DNA of 52,680 bases from Gemmatimonadales bacterium. GTDB taxonomy: Bacteria; Gemmatimonadota; Gemmatimonadetes; Gemmatimonadales; GWC2-71-9. A model generated the notes under the pieces. The model was not told the DNA's origin. It was given only the letters and a program-made list of their open reading frames with translations, and did no database searches. Position numbers and translations under genes: made by a program. The stretch spans positions 1-52,680 of the forward strand of contig DATNOH010000264.1 of NCBI GenBank assembly GCA_035601435.1, given 5' to 3'. Shown piece by piece: positions 25,977 through 32,478 of the stretch; the first letter of the stretch is position 1; each line of letters starts with the position of its first letter.

Positions 25977-27175
25977 GGCGGGTTCGAGGGGGCGCAGGGG
26001 CGGAGCCGCACTACGGCCGTCCGCCCGTCGGAGACGACCTTCTGGCCGGAGACGTTGCGTCCCTCGGTGACCGCGCCGGGAAGGCGCATGTAGTCCAGCA
26101 GATCGCCGCATCCGCTCGCCTCGAGATCGTGTACCACGCGGTCTCGCTCCCAATCGATGTGCGACTCGATGCGATGGGTCGCTTGCGGCTCCCACGGCTT
26201 GAAAATCACCCCGACATCCTTGTTCGCGGCGCCGACCCAGACGAGCGAGAGACTGTCGAGCAGCCAGATTCGGATGTGATGACGAATCCGGACGTTCGGG
26301 CCCGCCAGCTCGTACGCGAGGTCCTGGGGCCGTCCCTCGAAGTACTGCGTGCTCACCGGAGCGGTGATCGCTGGCCTGCTCGCGATCGCGGCGGTCACCT
26401 CCCGCGTGACGCTGAGGAAAGACCGCTTCTGCGTCGGCAGCCAGCTGGCCGCCCGAAACGCGCTGTCGATCTCGGCGGCCGTACCCAGCAAGAGCACGTT
26501 GAACGGGTCGCCCGGCACGTCCCCTGTGCGGTTCTCGGAGCGGGGAACGAACTTCGGCAAGTCCGGCATCTCGGTCAGCTCGCGATGTGCCGTCAGGGGG
26601 TCGCACCGGTCCGGACCCGGGAGAACGAGGGGCTGGGTGAGTCGGATGCCGCCCGTTTCACCCGCGAGAATGCGCATCGGAGGCCCCCGGCGGATGAGCG
26701 AGAAGCCGCCGAGCACCGCTACAACCCCGGCGTCGAGGTCGGCCGCAGCCGCGACGCCTGCTGGCATGAGCTTCCTGCCGACGCCGCCGATGGACGTCCT
26801 GCCGCTGTAGACGAGCCCGGAATCGGTAACCGCGCCCGGCTTGGCGTACTCGAGCGTGTCGAGCAGACCGGAGATCGCGACCCAACGCGACGGGCGCACT
26901 TCCAGCGAGTCGAACGCCAGCCCCAGCCGGCCGTGCCGACCGAACCGCCCCCCGCCCTTGGAGATCACGATTCGGCCCTTCGCGCGGACGTAAGGCGGGA
27001 CCAGGACGCAGGAATCCTGCACCAACGCCCCCATCGTCTGCACCAGCACCCCTGTCCCCACGGTGTCCCGGCCGCTCGTGATGCGCTGCACAAAACGGAT
27101 CGGTATGCGCGTGCCCGCCGGCACCACGACGTCGGCCGAGAGCAGCGTGAGCAGCGTGATCGCGATCGCCCTCAC
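25973..27175 (-). CDS. Secreted protein with an LssY_C-like C-terminal domain
   Basis: GTG start at 27175 in a GTGA overlap with the DUF692 stop. Signal-like N-terminus VRAIAITLLTLLSA. C-terminal half DPFNVLLLGTAAEIDSAFRAASWLP...QYFEGRPQDLAYEL...RIRHHIRIW resembles the LssY C-terminal domain. Confidence 0.7.
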   Translation of the reverse strand: MRAIAITLLTLLSADVVVPAGTRIPIRFVQRITSGRDTVGTGVLVQTMGALVQDSCVLVPPYVRAKGRIVISKGGGRFGRHGRLGLAFDSLEVRPSRWVAISGLLDTLEYAKPGAVTDSGLVYSGRTSIGGVGRKLMPAGVAAAADLDAGVVAVLGGFSLIRRGPPMRILAGETGGIRLTQPLVLPGPDRCDPLTAHRELTEMPDLPKFVPRSENRTGDVPGDPFNVLLLGTAAEIDSAFRAASWLPTQKRSFLSVTREVTAAIASRPAITAPVSTQYFEGRPQDLAYELAGPNVRIRHHIRIWLLDSLSLVWVGAANKDVGVIFKPWEPQATHRIESHIDWERDRVVHDLEASGCGDLLDYMRLPGAVTEGRNVSGQKVVSDGRTAVVRLRPCAPSNPP

Positions 27176-27948
27176 AAGGCCTCCCGAATTCGCTCCACGC
27201 TGCGAAACAGCACCTCCGCCTTCAAGGAAGGCGAGAACGCGTCGAACGTGACGGCCTGGGCGCGGGGGCACTGGCTCACCGCATGGGCGGCGAAGGCAAG
27301 CATCTCGTCCGAGGGCTCGGCCGGCCCGATCCACGGACCCCCGAGGTCGTCGTCATGCTCGACGCCGGCGACGTGCAGCTCGACGACGTGCTCGAGCGGG
27401 AACTCCGCGAGCCAGCGCTCGGGCGCCATGTCGTGGTAGTGCGCCTCGAGCCACACGTGCGGCAGATCGAGCAGGAACCCGGCGCCCGTCGCCTCGAAGA
27501 AGCGACGCAGCCATACCGGCTCCGGCAGCTGACTCGCCTTGACGTCGAAGAACCCGGGGATGTTCTCCATCACGAGCGGCTGATCGAGGCGCGCCTGGAG
27601 CGCGCAGGCGTTACGGACGAAGCGCTCGAGGAACGCGTCCGTGTAGAGCGGCGGGAACACGTAGTTGAGACTGTACCCGCCGTCCTCGGTGTGGAGACAC
27701 TGAAAATGCTCGGCGACCCAGGGCGAATGATACAGGTCGGCGAGCGCGCGGGCACGCTGGATGGAGCGCTCGTCGAGCGGCTCGGAGAGCTGCCCCAAGT
27801 AGTCGTGCAGCAAGAGAGTGTAGCGCTCTTTGATCGCGGGCCACCACGGGTCCCTCGCCGCGGGAGGATCGGCCATGGCCAAGTGGTCGATCCCCTCCGC
27901 CCGGGCGAGTTCCGCTCCCAGGTGAGGGTTATAAAACGCCCCGACCAT
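27172..27948 (-). CDS. DUF692-family protein (multinuclear non-haem iron oxidase, MNIO; MbnB/TglH-like)
   Basis: 258 aa from ATG 27948 (the track start 27951 is a TTG). TIM-barrel-like family pattern: LLLHDYLGQLSEP, SPWVAEHFQCLHTEDG...LNYVFPPLYT, PLVMENIPGFF, GFLLDLPHVWLEAH, VVELHVAGVEHD, AVTFDAF. Confidence 0.85.
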   Translation of the reverse strand: MVGAFYNPHLGAELARAEGIDHLAMADPPAARDPWWPAIKERYTLLLHDYLGQLSEPLDERSIQRARALADLYHSPWVAEHFQCLHTEDGGYSLNYVFPPLYTDAFLERFVRNACALQARLDQPLVMENIPGFFDVKASQLPEPVWLRRFFEATGAGFLLDLPHVWLEAHYHDMAPERWLAEFPLEHVVELHVAGVEHDDDLGGPWIGPAEPSDEMLAFAAHAVSQCPRAQAVTFDAFSPSLKAEVLFRSVERIREAL

Positions 27949-29078
27949 CAAGTCCCCGTTGCGCGCCAGTCTAGTAACCCGCGTTGGGTGAGTTGGTCAC
28001 AAAAGACCTTGACCTGCGCCGCCACCATGGGGGACGCGTGAGCGTCCGTCCACAGGGCGGCGATCGTCTCCGCGCTCGTTGTGCCGTCCAGTCGCTCGAC
28101 GATAAACCGCTCACGCTCGCCCCAGGTGGCCGCCTCGCGCTTCAAATCATCGCTAGCGCCCGCTGGCGGAAACGCCGCCGCCACGATCTCGTCGATTTCC
28201 TGCAGTATGCTTGGGGCCAGGTGTTGGGTTCCTGCAAGGTTCTGGTCGACCTGCTCGCTGCTCCGCGCCCCCGCCAGGACGATACTCACGCCCGGGTGCG
28301 CGAGCACCCAAGCAAGCGCAAGACCCGACAGCGGCATGTCGAGCTCCCGGGCGATCGAGGCGAGCCGCTCGATCGCCGTCCGCCGGCGCTCGAACTCTCT
28401 GCCCTTGAACCAATAGATGTTGCGTCGGTGGTCGGCGGCGGTGAACTCAGGGAGCGCGGTGTACTTCCCGCTCAGCAGTCCCGCGGCGAGGGGCCGGTAT
28501 GCCAGGAACGCAATCCCACGCTCCCGGCACAGCGGCAGCTCCCGCTGCTCCACGTCCCGATCGAACAGGTTGTAGGCCCCCTGGTACGCGACCACGGGCG
28601 CGATCTCCAGCGCACGCGCGAGCTGGCGGTGGGTGGCATTACAGAGCCCCACCCCCAGGGCCTTTCCCTCCTCCTGCAGCGCGTGCAGTTGCTCGAGCCG
28701 CCCCTCCCAGCCTTCGAGCGCTTCGTGCAGCTGAATCAGATCCACATAGTCTGTCGCCAGCCGCCGCAGCGATGCCTCGAGGGCGCGGCGCGGATCGTCG
28801 CGCGGGCCGACCTTGGTGGCGATGGCGACGCGATCGCGGTCGGCCTGGAGGGCGCGACCCAGCAGGATTTCGGACGCGCCGTCGCCGTACGTAGGGGCGG
28901 TGTCGAAGAAGGTGATGCCGCGCTCGAGGGCGCGGCGGACGGTCGCGAGGCGGTCGGCTTCGGCCGAGGCAGCGCCCCACGCCGTGCCCCCCACCGCCCA
29001 GGCCCCGAACCCCAGGCGGGGTCCAGAGGTCAGGAAACGCAGCGGGGGCCCGACGTCTGTCCGGGCCCCCGGGCGCAT
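27948..29078 (-). CDS. Aldo/keto reductase fused to a ~75-aa PqqD/RRE-like C-terminal extension
   Basis: 376 aa. AKR core with the catalytic tetrad contexts FFDTAPTYGDG (D, Y), IATKVG (K) and IQLHEA (H). The core ends near ILQEIDEIV (about residue 300). The extra tail ERFIVERLDGTTSAETIAALWTDAHASPMVAAQVKVFCDQLTQRGLLD follows. GGGAG RBS 13 nt after the small ORF's stop. Confidence 0.85.
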   Translation of the reverse strand: MRPGARTDVGPPLRFLTSGPRLGFGAWAVGGTAWGAASAEADRLATVRRALERGITFFDTAPTYGDGASEILLGRALQADRDRVAIATKVGPRDDPRRALEASLRRLATDYVDLIQLHEALEGWEGRLEQLHALQEEGKALGVGLCNATHRQLARALEIAPVVAYQGAYNLFDRDVEQRELPLCRERGIAFLAYRPLAAGLLSGKYTALPEFTAADHRRNIYWFKGREFERRRTAIERLASIARELDMPLSGLALAWVLAHPGVSIVLAGARSSEQVDQNLAGTQHLAPSILQEIDEIVAAAFPPAGASDDLKREAATWGERERFIVERLDGTTSAETIAALWTDAHASPMVAAQVKVFCDQLTQRGLLDWRATGT

Positions 29079-29091
29079 CTGAACCGCTCCC

Positions 29092-29184
29092 TTAGGAGTG
29101 GCAGGTGGGCACCAGCTCCGCCGTCTCGACGATCTCGGGACGATGACAGCTGGGCACGAGCTCCTGCATCTCGACGATCTGCAT
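29092..29184 (-). CDS. Unannotated 30-aa ORF, candidate RiPP precursor peptide with two VP[ST]CH units
   Basis: My reverse-strand read is GAAGGAGGA TGT ATG CAG ATC GTC GAG ATG CAG GAG CTC GTG CCC AGC TGT CAT CGT CCC GAG ATC GTC GAG ACG GCG GAG CTG GTG CCC ACC TGC CAC TCC TAA. This translates to MQIVEMQELVPSCHRPEIVETAELVPTCHS. Strong RBS at 29188-29196. The stop lies 13 nt before the next gene. The ORF is below the size cut-off of the ORF track. Confidence 0.6.
   Translation of the reverse strand: MQIVEMQELVPSCHRPEIVETAELVPTCHS
29098..29181 (-). repeat. Tandem 39-nt coding repeat (period 45 nt) inside the small ORF
   Basis: Unit 1 (29143-29181) encodes QIVEMQELVPSCH. Unit 2 (29098-29136) encodes EIVETAELVPTCH. 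Conserved residues L, C and H use different synonymous codons in the two units (CTC/CTG, TGT/TGC, CAT/CAC). Confidence 0.7.
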
Positions 29185-29230
29185 ACATCCTCCTTCGCTA
29201 GGATACATCAGGAAGACGGCTATTGTGGGA

Positions 29231-29259
29231 ATCCTACGGGTTGCCGTCACACCCGTCAA
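29231..29259 (-). promoter_or_regulatory. Candidate sigma70-type promoter for the peptide/DUF692 operon
   Basis: On the minus strand: TTGACG (29254-29259), a 17-nt spacer, then TAGGAT (29231-29236), about 45 nt upstream of the peptide ATG. An ACGGGT/ACCCGT inverted repeat (29236-29241 and 29251-29256) lies in the spacer. Assigned by pattern only. Confidence 0.35.
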
Positions 29260-29280
29260 CCGGTAATTCTACAACCCTGC

Positions 29281-30219
29281 ATGATTCTGATTCATACGCT
29301 GTTGACAGAGAACGCACTCGCGGACGAATTCGTTTCCGCCTTCCATGAGAGGCGGCTGCCGGAGAAGTTCTTCTATTGGTTCCCCCTGTCGGTGCGCGCA
29401 TGGCTGGCCCTGTGCTCCGATGGCGCGTATCGCAACTTCGTGCGCTCGCGCTCGTTGATCGCGAGCTCCGGCGCGGAGCTGGCGCGCTTGTTTCCAGTCG
29501 CCCCGCTGGAAGTGGTGAGCCTCGGCGCGGGCCAGGGCGACAAGGACCTGCTGCTGCTCGACGCACTACGTGTGCGTGGCGCCCGGGTGTCGTACGTCCC
29601 CGTGGACACGAGCCAGGCCCTGCTGGAGATGGCGTGCGCAGGGGCGCTCGCTGCTGGCTTCCCAGCCCAGGGGATCAAGGCGGACTTCACGAACCCGGAC
29701 CACCTGAAGGCCCTCGCCGCCGAGCCCGAGACGCCGCCCCGGCTCGTGCTGCTCATCGGGAACACGCTTGGCGCCTTCGACCCCATCGCCGAAGCGCGCG
29801 AGCTGGCGCGGCTGCTGCGGCCGGGGGACGCGCTCCTGGTGGACGGCGAGCTGTACGCCGGCGATGCCACGGTAGCCGGCTACGACAATCCCCTGAACCG
29901 CCGCTTCGCTTGGGCGCCGCTCAACGCCGTGGGCATTCGCGACGCAGACGGCGAGTTGGTGTTCGAAGCGGCCGACGATCCGCGCCTTCCCGGCCTGCAT
30001 CTGATCCCCAAGCACTTCCGGGCGAGCCGGGACGTAGAGGCCCTCCTCGGGGGCGAGGCCCTGCGCCTGGCGCGCGGCGAGCGGCTCGCCATGAATCACT
30101 CGTATAAGTACGCCGCGGACACTTTCCTTCGGATTCTCTCCGAGGCCGGGCTCGCGGAGCGCTGGCAGGGACGGAGCGACGACCAGCGGTTTCTCATGAC
30201 TCTGGTCGCTCCTCGGTGA
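29281..30219 (+). CDS. EgtD-fold (Methyltransf_33, histidine N-alpha-methyltransferase-like) SAM-dependent methyltransferase, divergent member
   Basis: Start reset to ATG 29281 (MILIHTLLTENALADEF...). Blocks match EgtD as I recall it: LPEKFFYW, VVSLGAGQGDKDLLLLDAL, YVPVDTSQ, ADFTNPDHL, LLIGNTLGAFDP, LRPGDALLVDGEL, YDNPLNRRFAWAPLNAVG, MNHSYKY. The EYYPTRTE-type loop is not conserved. No RBS; the gene may be leaderless. Confidence 0.8.
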   Translation: MILIHTLLTENALADEFVSAFHERRLPEKFFYWFPLSVRAWLALCSDGAYRNFVRSRSLIASSGAELARLFPVAPLEVVSLGAGQGDKDLLLLDALRVRGARVSYVPVDTSQALLEMACAGALAAGFPAQGIKADFTNPDHLKALAAEPETPPRLVLLIGNTLGAFDPIAEARELARLLRPGDALLVDGELYAGDATVAGYDNPLNRRFAWAPLNAVGIRDADGELVFEAADDPRLPGLHLIPKHFRASRDVEALLGGEALRLARGERLAMNHSYKYAADTFLRILSEAGLAERWQGRSDDQRFLMTLVAPR

Positions 30220-30968
30220 CCCCGGCGCTCGAAGTACGCGGGCTCGGCTACCGATTGCCGGGAACGGGGAAAGGGGACTCGGGAAACGGACGCTTCCTCG
30301 TGCGGGACGTCTCTTTTTCCGTCGGCGCCGGAGAGACGTTGGTACTGCTGGGCCGGAGCGGCTCCGGGAAGACCACTACCCTCAAGCTCATCAACCGCCT
30401 GCTCGAGCCGACTTCCGGCGACGTGCGGGTGGCGGGGGAGCGCGCGGCCGACCTGCCGGTGACCCGTTTGCGGCGCCGGATCGGCTACGTGATTCAGGAG
30501 GTGGGCCTGTTCCCCCATTTCACGGTGGAGCGGAACGTGGGGCTCGTCCCACGGCTCGACGCGTGGTCGCCGGCGCGCATCGCCGCGCGGGTGCGCGAGC
30601 TGCTCGCGCTCGTGGGGCTCGACCCCGACACCTTCGTGCGGCGCTATCCGCACGAGTTGTCCGGGGGGCAGCGGCAGCGCGTGGGCGTGGCGCGCGCCCT
30701 GGCCGCCGACCCGCCGCTGCTCCTGCTCGATGAGCCGTTCGGCGCGCTCGATCCGATCACGCGGGTGGAGCTGCAGCGCGAGTTCGCGGCGCTCGAGGGG
30801 CGGATCGGCAAAGCCATGGTCTTCGTCACGCACGATGTGCGCGAGGGGCTGCTGCTGGGCACCCACATCGGGCTCATGCTGCAGGGTCGGCTCGCGTTTC
30901 TCGGCACGCCTGACGACTTCCGTCGGTCGGACAACCCGGAATGCCGGGCGTTCATGGCCGCGGCATGA
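30216..30968 (+). CDS. ABC transporter ATP-binding protein (osmoprotectant/betaine OpuB/OpuC type)
   Basis: 250 aa. Walker A GRSGSGKTT, signature LSGGQRQRVGVARAL, Walker B LLLLDEPF. GTGA overlap with the methyltransferase stop. Confidence 0.9.
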   Translation: MTPALEVRGLGYRLPGTGKGDSGNGRFLVRDVSFSVGAGETLVLLGRSGSGKTTTLKLINRLLEPTSGDVRVAGERAADLPVTRLRRRIGYVIQEVGLFPHFTVERNVGLVPRLDAWSPARIAARVRELLALVGLDPDTFVRRYPHELSGGQRQRVGVARALAADPPLLLLDEPFGALDPITRVELQREFAALEGRIGKAMVFVTHDVREGLLLGTHIGLMLQGRLAFLGTPDDFRRSDNPECRAFMAAA

Positions 30969-31603
30969 GTCTGTTGAGCTTCTACGCGCGTAACTCCCAG
31001 GAAGTCCTGGGGCTCGTGGGCCAGCACGTGTATCTGGTGGCGATCTCCACGGGCGCGGCCATCGTAATCGGCGTGCCGCTGGGTGTCTTGCTCACGCGGC
31101 GGCCGGGGTGGCGGGGCCCCGTGCTGGGTGTGGCCAATGTATTCCAGACGGTGCCGAGTCTCGCCCTGTTCGGGTTCCTCATTCCCCTGCCCTTCATCGG
31201 CGGCATCGGCGCGAGGACGGCTATCGTCGCGCTCGTCCTGTACGCCCTCCTGCCCATCGTTCGCAACACCTATGAGGGGATCGCCGGCGTGGACCCGGCG
31301 GTGCGCGAGGCGGGGCGCGGGATGGGCATGACCGACTGGCAGCTGCTGGCACAGGTCGAATTGCCGCTCGGCTTCGGCGTGATCCTGGCAGGGGTGCGGG
31401 TCGCGACGGTCGTAAGCGTAGGCACGGCGACGATCGCGGCGGCCATCGGCGCGGGCGGTTTGGGCGTGTACATCTTCCGGGGCGTGGCGGTGGTGGACGA
31501 TACGCTGATCCTCGCCGGGGCGCTGCCGGCCGCGCTGATGGCGCTCGCGGCGGACGGGCTGCTGGGAGTCGCGGAGCGGCGGTTCGCGTGGCGGGCGAAA
31601 TGA
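30965..31603 (+). CDS. ABC transporter permease (betaine/choline OpuBB/OpuCB type)
   Basis: Start set to ATG 30965 (ATGA overlap; MSLLSFYARNSQEVLGLVGQH...). EAA-like loop VREAGRGMGMTDWQLL. Five to six TM helices. Confidence 0.9.
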   Translation: MSLLSFYARNSQEVLGLVGQHVYLVAISTGAAIVIGVPLGVLLTRRPGWRGPVLGVANVFQTVPSLALFGFLIPLPFIGGIGARTAIVALVLYALLPIVRNTYEGIAGVDPAVREAGRGMGMTDWQLLAQVELPLGFGVILAGVRVATVVSVGTATIAAAIGAGGLGVYIFRGVAVVDDTLILAGALPAALMALAADGLLGVAERRFAWRAK

Positions 31604-32478
31604 GTCCTCACCCCCTGTCCCGCTGCCTCGGTCTGCTCGCGCTGCTACTCACCGGATGCGCTCAGCGCGACCGGATCGTGGTGGGCTCCAAGAACTTCAC
31701 CGAGTCCGATCTGCTGGGGGAGATCGTGGCGCAGCAAATCGAGCGGCGCACGGCGCTCCCGGTGGAGCGACGCTTCCACCTGGGCGGCACGTTCGTGTGC
31801 CACCAGGCCATCACGTCGGGCCAAATCGATCTCTACGTCGAGTACACGGGGACCGCCTACACCGCCGTATTGAAGCGCGCGCCCGTCGCCGATCGCGACA
31901 GCGTCTATCGGACGGTCGCGCGCGACTATGCGCAGCGGTTCGGGCTCGCGTGGGGCGAGCCGTTCGGCTTCAACAACACGTTCGCCATCACCGTGCGGCG
32001 GCGCGACGCGACGCGCGACGGGCTGAAGCACATCTCCGACCTGGCGCGCGTCGCCCCGCGCTGGAAGGCCGGATTCGGTTACGAGTTCCTGGAGCGCGCC
32101 GACGGGTTCCGCGGACTCGCGAGTGTGTACGGACTGCGGTTCGCCGCTCCACCCACCGCGATGGACCTGGGGCTGACGTATCGGGCCCTGGCGGAGGGGA
32201 AGGTGGACGTGATCGCCGGTAACTCGACGGACGGCCAGATCCAGGCCCTGGACCTCCTGGTCCTGGAAGACGACCGGCACTACTTCCCGCCGTATGAAGC
32301 TGCCCCGGTCATCCGCCAGGCAGCGCTCACACGACACCCCGAGATCGCCGCGGCCCTGGCTCAGCTCGCGGGCAAGATTTCGGACGCCGAGATGCGACGG
32401 CTCAACGCCCTCGCGGACGTCGAGCACCGGGACATCGCGACCATCGCGCGCGACTGGCTGCGCGCCACCCTGCCGTGA
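31600..32478 (+). CDS. Betaine-type ABC substrate-binding lipoprotein (OpuBC/OpuCC-like)
   Basis: Start set to ATG 31600 (ATGA overlap). Lipobox LLTGC. IVVGSKNFTESDLLGEIVAQ, IDLYVEYTGTAY and LEDDRHYFPPYEAAPV are typical of glycine-betaine-family binding proteins. Confidence 0.9.
   Translation: MSPHPLSRCLGLLALLLTGCAQRDRIVVGSKNFTESDLLGEIVAQQIERRTALPVERRFHLGGTFVCHQAITSGQIDLYVEYTGTAYTAVLKRAPVADRDSVYRTVARDYAQRFGLAWGEPFGFNNTFAITVRRRDATRDGLKHISDLARVAPRWKAGFGYEFLERADGFRGLASVYGLRFAAPPTAMDLGLTYRALAEGKVDVIAGNSTDGQIQALDLLVLEDDRHYFPPYEAAPVIRQAALTRHPEIAAALAQLAGKISDAEMRRLNALADVEHRDIATIARDWLRATLP

Noticed and set aside
25913-27439. 508-aa + strand ORF, and the upstream extension of 25194..26606
   Set aside because: The + ORF is antisense to the LssY_C-like and DUF692 genes. 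The extension of the 25194 ORF overlaps the LssY_C-like gene out of frame and is Arg-rich, whereas a GTG nested in the upstream stop gives a clean 260-aa protein.
29030-29188. Alternative small ORF in another frame from the ATG embedded in the RBS (MYADRRDAGARAQLSSSRDRRDGG...)
   Set aside because: Its ATG lies inside the GGAGGA sequence, so it has no RBS of its own. The product is Arg-rich noise and runs into the AKR start. The 30-aa frame shows the internally repeated, synonymously varied motif.
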